In this document: positions 35,402 through 45,864 of the stretch, piece by piece | Numbering within the stretch: the first letter of the stretch is position 1 | Layout of the letters: each line of letters opens with the position of its first letter | DNA from: Bacteroidota bacterium | Lineage (GTDB): Bacteria > Bacteroidota > Bacteroidia > Bacteroidales > FEN-979 | Assembly: GCA_037138335.1 (NCBI GenBank) | Contig: JBAXIO010000006.1 | Coordinates: 81,790 to 145,789 of the forward strand | Direction of reading: 5' to 3' | Length of the DNA: 64,000 nucleotides | The notes under the pieces: generated by a model | Seen by the model: only the letters and a program-made list of their open reading frames with translations | Told to the model about the DNA's origin: nothing | Database searches by the model: none | Translations under genes and position numbers: made by a program

Positions 35402-37789
35402 TCAGATCTTTTCTATCAGGCCCTTCTCTCCATCAAGCCTTATCCGGTCGCCGGTCTTAAACAGTTTTTTTGCACCCTTAGCGGCAACTACGGCCGGGAT
35501 GCCATACTCCCGGGCAACAACGGCCCCGTGAGACAATGGGCTGCCGATCTCGGTGATCAGCCCTGAAATTATACTGAAATAGGGAGTCCATCCGATATCG
35601 GTGAAGGAAGCAACCATGATTTCGCCTTCCAACAGGTTTTCAGCATCTTCAAGTGTATGGATGATCCTCACCGGGGCTTCAACGATACCGCTGCTTACAG
35701 GGGTCCCTGCCAGCTGGCCTTCCCTGAGCTCGAACACCTGTTCGGCTTCAAGAGGTTCCGGGATCCCGAAACTGATCTCTTCAAATACAAGCTTATCAGC
35801 TGCGGAAATAAGTTCACGCCGTTTGTCAGCCTTTTCCTTCCATAAGGGGTCATGATCAGCAATAAGTTTACCCAGTTCATCATGGGTAAGGAAATAAACC
35901 TGGTCTGTATCAGAGAGAAGCCCGGCTTCGGTCAGATGAACAGCCAGTGACTGATACCCTTTCCTGATCGTGTCGACCATTTTTATGGAAAGCGCTTTTG
36001 TGATCTCACGCCTTGCAACAGCCTTTCTTGCTGTAGGGATCATTGACCTGAGAATGATCCTGGTAACAGGCCTGAGCTTGCTTAAGGCAACAGTAATTTC
36101 TTTCTTTGTATCATGCAAAACATGCCTGACTTCGCCTGCTTTTACCCGGGTCTGAAGGATCTGGATGAGCCGGGAGGGTTTCTCGGCCCAGGTTTTCTCC
36201 CTCAACTCGGATTCCCTTACGCAACGGTGGCCATGGCGTTCAAGGAAAAACCGGAATTGTTCCCTGACTTCCCCGGGCGCATTTTTTTCAAGCAGTTCAA
36301 GGGCCTCAGAGGAGTTGGCCCGGATGAATTTTTCAGAGAATTCTTTATGTGAACGGATCGTCCCTGCGAACCGCTCAAGTGTTTTCACTGCATCTGCACT
36401 TTCAATCTCCGGAATATCCAGGAGAAGCATCGTGGCTATATGGTGGTCGGCGGCCCCGGGCCTTCTTTTATTCCCTGTCATTATCCTCATAAAGGCTGAA
36501 TACATGGTCCCGCTTTGTGCCGATGCCATAAGATGGTGGCCGAAGCCTATGCCCAGCTGAATCCTTCCTTCTTCAAGTTTCTTATGCAGCTCAGCAGGCG
36601 GCAGTGATATGTCGATACGAAAGCCGGCTTCGAGGCTCCTGAGCTGTTCCAGGTACCTGCCTGCACGTAAGGTAGTAATCATTTGCCGGATAAAATTCAG
36701 GAACCTGACAGGGAAGGAAATGTCAGGAACCGCTGTGAGCCCCATGAATATTTTCCCGCTCAGGGCAAATTGCACGTCTTCCGGCTTGTTTAACCATATC
36801 CTTTTGGGATAGTCCATCATATTGCTCATATTGATGAACAAGCGGTTGTAGAACATCTGGATGTACCTGGGCCCATTTCGGTCGCTCATACGGAAAGCCC
36901 CGCCACGCTCGGCGAGCAGAACCATCCCATAGTCGATGGCTTCTGCGCTCACAGAATAAGTAAGGGGGGTGGCAACCCCGGGCATCATTTCACCTATGTT
37001 CCCAAGTGTCCAGATGTCGCTGCTACCTCCTTTAACAGTATCGAGCTCATTGAAGTGAACCCCGCTGAGGGCCGTGACAGGCCTGACCTGCAGCCAGTTC
37101 AAAACGCCTGACTGGTCAATTGCCCATTCCATGTCAACCGGTGCATCGAAAAAACTTTCAGCACTCTTAGCCCCTGCAATGATCTGCTTCAGAAGGGATT
37201 CATTTAAAAGATGGCCGTTTTTTTCAGCTTCTGCTAGAATATTTGATCCGCTGCGGAATAATTCATAGTGGCTGGCATCCCTTTTTCCACTCACCAGTTC
37301 CTCTCCATGTCCGGCAATGGCATTGACAAGCATCTTGTCACGGCGGTTATTGACCGGGTTAATCGAAAAAACGACACCAGCCACTCTTGCGTCAACCATA
37401 TTCTGCATTATGACCGAAATCCTGAGGTCGGCTTCAGACAGGAGGCTGCCCGAATATGACCTTACACGCTCAGCCCCTGCTGCTTCAATGCATTTGAGGA
37501 TAGCCGATTTTATCTCTTCAAACGAATGAAGGTTCAGGTAAGATTCGAACTGTCCTGCAAAGGAAGCTGAATGCCCGTCCTCGCTCACTGCTGATGAGCG
37601 TATTGCTTTAGGTCCCGGACCGAGTGAGATCAAATGACGCTTTATAACCGCGTCCTGCAACTCATCAGGATCAGGATGCAGCAGCACTACAGCTTCGGGA
37701 ACATTAAAACCAAGCTCTTTCAGTATCTTCAGGCCTTTGGCCTTGCCTCCAACAGGGTGGCCATCTATTTCATGCAGTCGGAGTATCAC
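35402..37789 (-). CDS. PEP-utilising enzyme family phosphotransferase lacking the PEP/pyruvate TIM-barrel domain (rifampin-phosphotransferase-like architecture)
   Basis: The N-terminal PPDK_N/ATP-grasp region is GGKAKGL...IRSSAVSEDG...SFAGQF...MEWAID. A central region of about 400 aa is helical. The C-terminal swivel phosphohistidine domain is GSPLSHGAVVAREYGIPAVV. Nothing follows the His domain. Confidence 0.8.
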   Translation of the reverse strand: MILRLHEIDGHPVGGKAKGLKILKELGFNVPEAVVLLHPDPDELQDAVIKRHLISLGPGPKAIRSSAVSEDGHSASFAGQFESYLNLHSFEEIKSAILKCIEAAGAERVRSYSGSLLSEADLRISVIMQNMVDARVAGVVFSINPVNNRRDKMLVNAIAGHGEELVSGKRDASHYELFRSGSNILAEAEKNGHLLNESLLKQIIAGAKSAESFFDAPVDMEWAIDQSGVLNWLQVRPVTALSGVHFNELDTVKGGSSDIWTLGNIGEMMPGVATPLTYSVSAEAIDYGMVLLAERGGAFRMSDRNGPRYIQMFYNRLFINMSNMMDYPKRIWLNKPEDVQFALSGKIFMGLTAVPDISFPVRFLNFIRQMITTLRAGRYLEQLRSLEAGFRIDISLPPAELHKKLEEGRIQLGIGFGHHLMASAQSGTMYSAFMRIMTGNKRRPGAADHHIATMLLLDIPEIESADAVKTLERFAGTIRSHKEFSEKFIRANSSEALELLEKNAPGEVREQFRFFLERHGHRCVRESELREKTWAEKPSRLIQILQTRVKAGEVRHVLHDTKKEITVALSKLRPVTRIILRSMIPTARKAVARREITKALSIKMVDTIRKGYQSLAVHLTEAGLLSDTDQVYFLTHDELGKLIADHDPLWKEKADKRRELISAADKLVFEEISFGIPEPLEAEQVFELREGQLAGTPVSSGIVEAPVRIIHTLEDAENLLEGEIMVASFTDIGWTPYFSIISGLITEIGSPLSHGAVVAREYGIPAVVAAKGAKKLFKTGDRIRLDGEKGLIEKI

Positions 37790-37805
37790 GCAGCGGAGTT
37801 GAGTG

Positions 37806-38819
37806 TCAGTCTATATTGTATTTATCTTTATGGAACCCGAATTCAACCATTCCCAATCCGTCGACACCATCAAACTTGTATGTTCCGATAGCTTCACGCA
37901 TCTGGTATTTCCCATCCATGAGGTAAGGGAAATGGCCGTTTCTCCAAAATTCCACTTTGTGCCTGGCACCGCTGCGGCAATGGATGTCAATGAACCCATG
38001 ATCGGGGAGCAGTTTTTCACGGGATATAGTTTCCAGGTCAGTACATTCAATAATAGCGTCGGTATGCCCGTCGGGATGGGTGATAAACCCTGCTGTAAGC
38101 CTGCCGAGGAAATCCCATTTGATTGTTGTAACAGTCCAATGCATTCCTGCCTCTGATATCCCTGTTATCCAGTAATGCCTGTCCCAGGTCAACCAGGTCC
38201 TGGAACCAAATGAATGGTCCCGGGAAGCCCTCATCTCAAAAGGGTACACATCCTTATCAAGAGAAATGGTCCCTTTGAAGACCCCGGTCTGTTCATAATG
38301 GGTTTGCTGGGTATCTTTCATTTTAAAGAAAAATTCCCTGCTCCATTTTTCACCGGCAATGGCCTTTGCGATCATGCTCTGGTCAGAGCTTTTTGCAAAA
38401 TCGTAAGGTTCGTGTTCCCCGATAAAAAGGAGATCGGTTTTACAATTGTATGACTTACCCTGTTCATCGGTAACAGGACCGTCGTAGGTGATCCTCCATT
38501 CTTTCCCGACAACGGTATTTTCCCATTTTAAACTGCCCATCTGGAAGCCTTTTCCATCAGGGCCGGGATCGGTTTTCAATCCAAAGAAACCTCTTCCTTT
38601 AATGAAAAAATCAAACCACCATTCATGCTGGCGTTTCGGACCCCTGAAAGCCATCCTTGCAATAAACGCATTGCCTGCTTTATCGCCTCCATAGAAATAC
38701 GAGCTGTCATTAGGGTATGGCTGGTTCAGGTCGACATGTTTCTGTTCCAGGAATTCAACAGGGAACTGCCTGTTTTTTGTGCGCTTCACCATCTGGCGGG
38801 CGATAAAGTATTTGAGCAT
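37806..38819 (-). CDS. Hypothetical protein (337 aa) co-oriented 16 nt upstream of the PEP-utilising enzyme
   Basis: Clean ORF that is W/F/Y/G-rich and looks beta-rich. Motifs noted are HEWWFDFF and SRDHSFGSRTW. No confident family assignment is possible from memory. Confidence 0.6.
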   Translation of the reverse strand: MLKYFIARQMVKRTKNRQFPVEFLEQKHVDLNQPYPNDSSYFYGGDKAGNAFIARMAFRGPKRQHEWWFDFFIKGRGFFGLKTDPGPDGKGFQMGSLKWENTVVGKEWRITYDGPVTDEQGKSYNCKTDLLFIGEHEPYDFAKSSDQSMIAKAIAGEKWSREFFFKMKDTQQTHYEQTGVFKGTISLDKDVYPFEMRASRDHSFGSRTWLTWDRHYWITGISEAGMHWTVTTIKWDFLGRLTAGFITHPDGHTDAIIECTDLETISREKLLPDHGFIDIHCRSGARHKVEFWRNGHFPYLMDGKYQMREAIGTYKFDGVDGLGMVEFGFHKDKYNID

Positions 38820-38905
38820 AAATCATTTTTTTAGGCCGCAAACTTACTTTTTTTCCCTGAAATGTCGAAATTTGAAGAACAGACTTTGACCCAAATATAT
38901 TACAA

Positions 38906-40246
38906 ATGATACGATGTCAACGATATACCCTGCTGGTAACTTTTTTAATGCTTTTCGGCTGGGTGCCTATTATGCATGCGTCGGAACCCGATACCCTGAA
39001 AGACCAGTTCTGGAATTACCATTTCCAGCTGACCGTCCTTCCTCAATACCATCCTGCTTTTAAGGCTGAATATTCAGGTGAAAACAGCCTTCAGAAATGC
39101 GAGGAGTCTACAGTTTCCCTGTCGGCAACCCTTTTCCTGGGAATGCGGCTCTGGAAAGGAGCCCAGGTATACTTTAACCCTGAAGTCTCAGGCGGAAAAG
39201 GATTTACTGAGACGAGGGGAGTGGCTGGTTTCCCGAATGGCGAAGTGTACAGGGTCAGTGACCCTTCGATTCATGTCTATATAGGGCGGCTATACCTTAA
39301 GCAGATCTTTGCCCTGTCAGGGAAAAATCACAGGGTGGCGGATGAATTCAATCAGCTTGCCGGCCGTGAGCCCGATACCTATCTTTCGCTCATTGCGGGT
39401 AAATTCAGCATCATGGACTTCTTTGACAATAATACTTTCAGCCATGACCCGAGGACCCAGTTTTACAACTGGGCCCTGATGGGTAACGGGGCCTGGGATT
39501 ACCCTGCTAACGTAAGGGGATATGATTACGGACTGGCGATGGAATTTGTAAAACCGAAATGGGCCGTGCGTGCTGCCTTTGTTACCATGCCCGAAGAAGC
39601 AAACGGTCAAAAGATGCAGTATGATGTGACAAAGTCTTTTGGTACGGCTTTCGAATTTGAGAGGAAGTATAAGCTCGGCAGGAAACCTGGAATTTTAAGG
39701 GCTATGGCATATTTTAACCTGGCACCAATGGGTAATTATAAGCAGTCGATATCCCTCGGCAAACAATCTGACACTATTCCGGATATTACGCTTACCAGGG
39801 CCCAGGGTCATACAAAATACGGTTGCGGACTTAATATTGAACAATCGATCGACCGGAATTTCGGGATGTTTATGCGTGCAGGCTGGAATGACGGTCAGAA
39901 CGAGACCTGGGTGTTCACAGAGATCGACCGCACGATTACTCTTGGTTTGAATGTGGACGGTAATTTATGGAAACGCGATGATGATAACCTGTCCGTTGCA
40001 TTTATTATGAATGGGATTTCATCACCCCATGCCGACTATCTGTATGCAGGAGGGCTGGGTTTTATTATTGGGGATGGTAAGCTCAGCTATGCTCCCGAGT
40101 TTATAGGTGAAATCTATTATTCTTTCCAGTTCTTCCGCAAGCTGCTATGGATATGCCCCGATTACCAGCTGATCGTTAACCCTGCCTATAACCAGGCAAG
40201 GGGACCGGTAAATGCTTTCGGCCTCAGGGTACATATCGAGATCTGA
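38906..40246 (+). CDS. OprB-like carbohydrate-selective porin family protein
   Basis: A signal peptide is followed by FQLTVLPQYHPAFKAEYSGENSL, the OprB-family N-terminal signature. The beta-barrel-like body ends in an aromatic-rich strand. Confidence 0.7.
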   Translation: MIRCQRYTLLVTFLMLFGWVPIMHASEPDTLKDQFWNYHFQLTVLPQYHPAFKAEYSGENSLQKCEESTVSLSATLFLGMRLWKGAQVYFNPEVSGGKGFTETRGVAGFPNGEVYRVSDPSIHVYIGRLYLKQIFALSGKNHRVADEFNQLAGREPDTYLSLIAGKFSIMDFFDNNTFSHDPRTQFYNWALMGNGAWDYPANVRGYDYGLAMEFVKPKWAVRAAFVTMPEEANGQKMQYDVTKSFGTAFEFERKYKLGRKPGILRAMAYFNLAPMGNYKQSISLGKQSDTIPDITLTRAQGHTKYGCGLNIEQSIDRNFGMFMRAGWNDGQNETWVFTEIDRTITLGLNVDGNLWKRDDDNLSVAFIMNGISSPHADYLYAGGLGFIIGDGKLSYAPEFIGEIYYSFQFFRKLLWICPDYQLIVNPAYNQARGPVNAFGLRVHIEI

Positions 40247-40270
40247 TCATATTGGTATCCGTCAGCACTA

Positions 40271-40289
40271 AACCGTTCACCGGTCAATC
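40271..40289. repeat. AACCGTTCACCGGTCAATC motif, related to the 16554 palindrome
   Basis: Compare AACCGGTTCACGGTCAACC at 16558-16576. It sits in a 37-bp convergent spacer and overlaps the minus-strand stop codon. Confidence 0.45.
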
Positions 40290-41297
40290 AATTGTCTCAA
40301 TTGTTTTCTCGATCATGATGCTCTTGCTCCCAAGCAAAGTAAGCCTCAGCGCCTGCATGCCAAATTCGTAATAGATCTCAATATAAGCTTTGTTTGGGCG
40401 CTTGACAAGGACCCTGCTCTGGCTGTAAGGCATATGCTGGCTGAAGTTATGCCTGGTGAGCCATGAAGAGATGATGAGGGCCATTGCAGCCTTATCGCTG
40501 ACAAGCTGGTTTATTTCCTTGTATTCACAGGCAGCCGGAATTATTTGTGTCTCGATAGGTTCGGTATAGATTGGGTATTCCCCTGTGAGAACAGGCAGCT
40601 TAAACCTTGAGTTGTTAAGGCAGGTTTGCATCCGTCTCAGATCTTTAATCCTGTTTTCGTCAAAGCCCGGTGATTTCATCTGTTGCAAGGAGAGCCCGAT
40701 CATCAATGAAACATATCTTGAATCGGGCCGTTTACACAGAGGTTTCATATTAAGGAAGCGGTCATATTCAACAGATGGATCGGGATATCTCACGGGAGGC
40801 GTCGATGCAGCAATATGGCTCCAATCTTCAAAATCTGATTTGAGTTTCTTTTCAAGAACCGTTTTATAAGGTTTCCGGCACACAAACACCGGCAGAAACC
40901 TGTAAAGCTGGTCATATATCGGGAAAATCGTATCGGATTTAGCAAGTTTGGGTATTGAACAATAATACCGTAAAAGAAATGAAGCCGCATGCCTGTTATT
41001 GGTATTCGAGGCGATATCAAGAGTGTAATGGGGAAGTCCAAAAATATAGCACCCGCTGCTGTCGGGATGAACTTTTAGAAACCCCTCCCTGAATTCCCAA
41101 TCTACAATATGATTTGCGTAAGACGTATCAAGATATAGCAGGGCCATTGGATTGATAAGCTTTTCAACAGCCTGCAACCCGTTTTTATCACCCAGCATTA
41201 CCAGTTCGTCGGAATCAAGTATTGTTGTTTGTTGTGGCGAATAGTAAAGCGGTTTTGCAAGGAGTAAGAATAAAACCGTAATACGCAGAAAGAGCAT
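40284..41297 (-). CDS. Hypothetical secreted protein
   Basis: N-terminal hydrophobic signal (ITVLFLLLAKPLYY). No motif recognised. Confidence 0.5.
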   Translation of the reverse strand: MLFLRITVLFLLLAKPLYYSPQQTTILDSDELVMLGDKNGLQAVEKLINPMALLYLDTSYANHIVDWEFREGFLKVHPDSSGCYIFGLPHYTLDIASNTNNRHAASFLLRYYCSIPKLAKSDTIFPIYDQLYRFLPVFVCRKPYKTVLEKKLKSDFEDWSHIAASTPPVRYPDPSVEYDRFLNMKPLCKRPDSRYVSLMIGLSLQQMKSPGFDENRIKDLRRMQTCLNNSRFKLPVLTGEYPIYTEPIETQIIPAACEYKEINQLVSDKAAMALIISSWLTRHNFSQHMPYSQSRVLVKRPNKAYIEIYYEFGMQALRLTLLGSKSIMIEKTIETID

Positions 41298-41340
41298 ATT
41301 CTTCCGTTATTCAGAGTTTTACGTAAAAAAAAGGAAAATG

Positions 41341-42540
41341 TTACTCCTTGATGCCGAGAACAGCAAGCCCACCTTCGGCAGTTTCCTTGTAGATGGCCGG
41401 AAGGTCATGGCCTGTCTGCTTCATTGCGGCTAACACTTTATCAAAGCTTATAAGATGAGTGCCGTCCGACAGCAACGCGTACATGTTGGCGTCTAAGGCC
41501 CTGGCAGCGCCGAAAGCATTTCTTTCAATACAGGGGATCTGTACCAGGCCGAAAAGAGGGTCGCAGGTTAGCCCGAGGAAATGTTCCATAGCAATGGAGG
41601 CGGCATATTCAATCTGGCGGGGAGTGCCACCAAACATTTGCTCAGCTGCCGCTGCTGCCATTGAACTGGCACTTCCTACTTCTCCCTGGCATCCAACTTC
41701 GGCTCCGGAAATCGACGCATTTGTCTTTATAAGGTTTCCTATCAGCCCTGCAGTTGCAAGTCCCCTCAGAATTTTCTTGTCGGGAATATCATATTGTGAC
41801 TTTAAAAGGTAGAGGACCGAAGGCATCACACCGCATGATCCGCAGGTTGGTGCTGTTACGATCTTACCGCCTGAGGCATTTTCCTCGGCAACAGCAAGTG
41901 CAAAAGCGAACGTAAATGCCCTGCGGCTGAGGGTCCCTTTGAAACTTTTTGCTTTGATATAATATGATGATGCTTTCCTGGGAAGATTTAGCCGGCCAGG
42001 CAGAACCCCCTCGGTTTCTATTCCCCTTTCAACAGCGTCTTTCATGACTTCCCAAACTTCTGCCATATAATCCCAGATGTCGGAATTCTCGTGCATTTCA
42101 ACATACTCCCATATGGTCCTCCCGTTATTAAGGCACCATTTAAGAATATCTTCCATGTTTGACAACTCATATATGGATGATGAAGGATCGCGTTTTCCCG
42201 TATCGCTGATATCTCCTCCCCCTATACTGTATGTTGTCCAGGAATCCCTTATGTTCCCCAGCCTGTCAAGGGCCTCAAAGGTCATCCCGTTGGGGTGGGC
42301 AGGAAGAAAAGTTTCAGGATACCATTCTATTACGGCAGGAACGGGATGCAAGGCTTCCAGGATTGCCTTGTCGGTCATATGGCCTTTGCCGGTTGCAGCA
42401 AGGCTTCCATAAAGTTTAACCCTGACTTCAGGGATACCGGGATTTCGCTTTGCAAAAAGCATGGCTGCTTTTGCAGGTCCCATAGTATGGCTGCTCGACG
42501 GGCCGCAGCCTATCTTATAAATTTCTTTGATGGATTCCAT
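41341..42540 (-). CDS. sdaA: L-serine ammonia-lyase (iron-sulfur-dependent L-serine dehydratase, single-chain)
   Basis: The N-terminal IGCGPSSSHTMGP and later CGSCGVMP, EVGCQGEVG and IPCIERN motifs are present. Confidence 0.9.
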   Translation of the reverse strand: MESIKEIYKIGCGPSSSHTMGPAKAAMLFAKRNPGIPEVRVKLYGSLAATGKGHMTDKAILEALHPVPAVIEWYPETFLPAHPNGMTFEALDRLGNIRDSWTTYSIGGGDISDTGKRDPSSSIYELSNMEDILKWCLNNGRTIWEYVEMHENSDIWDYMAEVWEVMKDAVERGIETEGVLPGRLNLPRKASSYYIKAKSFKGTLSRRAFTFAFALAVAEENASGGKIVTAPTCGSCGVMPSVLYLLKSQYDIPDKKILRGLATAGLIGNLIKTNASISGAEVGCQGEVGSASSMAAAAAEQMFGGTPRQIEYAASIAMEHFLGLTCDPLFGLVQIPCIERNAFGAARALDANMYALLSDGTHLISFDKVLAAMKQTGHDLPAIYKETAEGGLAVLGIKE

Positions 42541-42543
42541 CGC

Positions 42544-43809
42544 TTACTTTGGCTGACCCAGGGAAAAATAAAAAGTTGCTCCCTTTCCAATCTCTCCTTC
42601 TGCCCATATCCTGCCGCCATGCCTTTCAATAATACGCTTTGCTGTTGCAAGCCCCACCCCTGTACCAGGGAAATCTTCCTGGGAATGCAGCCTTACAAAA
42701 GGAGTAAAAAGGTTTGCAGCCCTCATGGGATCAAATCCGGCCCCATTATCCTTAAATGAAAATACAGTCTGGCCATCCTTTTGGAAACTGCTTACATGGA
42801 TGGCAGGATGGTCGGTTTTCGATGTGTATTTCCATGAATTTCCAAGGAGGTTTTTCACGACCACCATCAAAAGGCTCTGATCCCCGGTTAATTGCAAATT
42901 ATCATCAATCTTCACATCGATATTCCTCTCAGGATTGTCCTGGTGTATCCACTGCATGACCTTTCGGCACATCTCACTCAGGTCGATAGGCTGGGGGTGG
43001 ATGTTGATCGTGCCTGTGCGCGAAAACTGCAGCAGGTCATTTATCATCTCAGCCATGGACTTTGTAGTGGAATGGATGGTTTCAACATAGGAAGCACCTG
43101 CCTCATCCAGTTTGTCAAGGTAATGCTGATGAAGCAGCTGGGCACTCATGCTGATGTGGTTGAGAGGTGTCCTAAGGTCATGGGAAATAGTGTACGAAAA
43201 TGCCTCCAGGTCACGGTTCATAGTGATCAGGTGCTCATTGGAGCGCCTCAGCTCAGCCTGAGCCTCTATAAGCTGATGGTTTTGCTGGATTGCATTTTCG
43301 TACACCGATAAAAGCAGGTCGAGGATCTGTTTCCTCTCCGAGTTGATAGCATACTTCTGGCCGTTGAACATGATCTCAAGCACAAGGTCGCTTGTTCCCT
43401 GGTACCTGAGCTCCCTGTTAGCCAGAAGGTAATTAATACGTGATAGCAGGTACTTGGCATCAAATGGCTTGGTGATGAAATTATCTGATCCCGCCTGCAG
43501 GCCTTTGATGATATCCATTGAATCCTGAAGTGTTGTAAGCAGGATTATGGGTATCTCTTTAAGCTCCTTCGTGCTTTTAACCTTTTCGCATAACTCGTAA
43601 CCGTCCATACCCGGCATCACAATATCGCTGACGATCAGAATCGGGGGTTCTTCCATGGCAGCTTTAAACGCGCTGAGCCCGTCTTCGAAATCCCTGACTT
43701 TATAGTCGTGTTTTTTCAGAAGGGATTTCAGCATCATCGCCTGGCTCTTCGAGTCCTCGACGACCATGATATAACCTTCCCTCTCCCCGGATGCGAAAAG
43801 ATGACTCAT
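42544..43809 (-). CDS. Soluble hybrid histidine kinase: N-terminal receiver + coiled coil + HisKA + HATPase, no sensor or TM domain
   Basis: The REC domain is IMVVEDS...ILIVSDIVMPGMDG...ITKPF. The H-box is SHDLRTPLNHI and the G-boxes are DNGAGFD and GTGVGLATAKRI. There are no hydrophobic segments. Confidence 0.8.
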   Translation of the reverse strand: MSHLFASGEREGYIMVVEDSKSQAMMLKSLLKKHDYKVRDFEDGLSAFKAAMEEPPILIVSDIVMPGMDGYELCEKVKSTKELKEIPIILLTTLQDSMDIIKGLQAGSDNFITKPFDAKYLLSRINYLLANRELRYQGTSDLVLEIMFNGQKYAINSERKQILDLLLSVYENAIQQNHQLIEAQAELRRSNEHLITMNRDLEAFSYTISHDLRTPLNHISMSAQLLHQHYLDKLDEAGASYVETIHSTTKSMAEMINDLLQFSRTGTINIHPQPIDLSEMCRKVMQWIHQDNPERNIDVKIDDNLQLTGDQSLLMVVVKNLLGNSWKYTSKTDHPAIHVSSFQKDGQTVFSFKDNGAGFDPMRAANLFTPFVRLHSQEDFPGTGVGLATAKRIIERHGGRIWAEGEIGKGATFYFSLGQPK

Positions 43810-43810
43810 A

Positions 43811-44839
<1,029 letters not shown>

Positions 44840-44858
44840 TTAGTTTGAATTAAGGGTT

Positions 44859-44866
44859 CAAAAGTA
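44859..44866 (-). promoter_or_regulatory. -7 box TACTTTTG (minus strand) upstream of gap
   Basis: CAAAAGTA on the plus strand lies 44 nt upstream of the gap ATG. Confidence 0.5.
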
Positions 44867-44961
44867 CTTATTTTAATCGATAAGCTAAAATATGAAAAAA
44901 ATGCGAATTTTGTATGTGGCAGTAAAAATGCGTAGTTTTAAACATCAAAACTTTTCAAGCC

Positions 44962-45801
44962 ATGAAGAAAGTATATGTAGTAAGCGACGGTTCAGGGCGT
45001 ACTGCCGAACAGATCCTTATGGCAGCACTTACCCAGTTCCCTCAATCAAGCGTGGATATTGTCCTCAAAACTGAAATAAGGACCGAACAGGCTATCGAAG
45101 AGATCGTGGCAGAGGTCGCTGAAGAAAAAGGATTGATTTTACATACCCTGGTATCGGAATCCCTCAGGGAGGTCGTATTAAGGCTTAGCAGGATCCACAA
45201 TATAGATGCCATCGATCTGATGGGGCCCCTTCTGTCAAGGCTGTCACAGCATTTTGCCGATTCCCCGACCGGGGAACCCGGCTTGTTCTTCAGCCTGAAT
45301 AAGGAATACTTCAAAAGGATAGACTCCATGCAGTTTGCATTTACCCATGACGACGGACAAAGGGATTATGATTACGAAAAGGCGGAAATCGTGCTGGTTG
45401 GTGTTTCACGCACATTCAAGACCCCTCTAAGCATCTACCTTGCTTTTAAAGGCTGGTTCGTTGCCAATTTCCCCATTGTGCTTGGGGCTGAACTCTCAGA
45501 GTCCCTTGTTAAATTACCTCAAGGCAGGGTATTCGGGCTGATGACCGAACCTCAGGACCTTTCGAGCCTCCGTTCGGTGAGGGTACAGTACCTGGGGGGG
45601 CAAACAGGGGAGTATGCCTCTATACAAAACGTTAAAAAGGAACTGAACTATTCCAATAGTGTGTTCTGTAAATACGAATGGCCGGTGATCCATGTGACCA
45701 ATAAGCCGATTGAAGAGATCGCTTCGGAGATCCTCGCTATAAAACGAAGGATAGATAACCAGGACAATGTTCGTAAAAAAAACAGGAGGGCACAAAACTA
45801 A
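44962..45801 (+). CDS. ppsR: Pyruvate,water/phosphate dikinase regulatory protein (PpsR/PDRP, DUF299 kinase-pyrophosphorylase)
   Basis: YVVSDGSGRTAE is at the N-terminus and the P-loop-like segment is LVGVSRTFKTPLS. The length is about 275 aa. Confidence 0.85.
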   Translation: MKKVYVVSDGSGRTAEQILMAALTQFPQSSVDIVLKTEIRTEQAIEEIVAEVAEEKGLILHTLVSESLREVVLRLSRIHNIDAIDLMGPLLSRLSQHFADSPTGEPGLFFSLNKEYFKRIDSMQFAFTHDDGQRDYDYEKAEIVLVGVSRTFKTPLSIYLAFKGWFVANFPIVLGAELSESLVKLPQGRVFGLMTEPQDLSSLRSVRVQYLGGQTGEYASIQNVKKELNYSNSVFCKYEWPVIHVTNKPIEEIASEILAIKRRIDNQDNVRKKNRRAQN

Positions 45802-45826
45802 TTTCCTCCTGTTTCCCGAAAACGAT

Positions 45827-45834
45827 TATTTTTG
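45827..45834 (+). promoter_or_regulatory. -7 box TATTTTTG upstream of pyrG
   Basis: Perfect TAnnTTTG, 31 nt before the ATG. It is followed immediately by GTGAACCGTTAACC (45834-45847), another member of the GTGAACC motif family. Confidence 0.5.
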
Positions 45835-45864
45835 TGAACCGTTAACCTTCATTTTGATCCTGCC

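Noticed and set aside
35402-37789. Annotating the 795-aa enzyme as phosphoenolpyruvate synthase (PpsA) and as the target of the nearby PpsR
   Set aside because: There is no C-terminal PEP-utilizers TIM-barrel domain, and the catalytic His context is LSH rather than TSH. The architecture matches small-molecule phosphotransferases instead.
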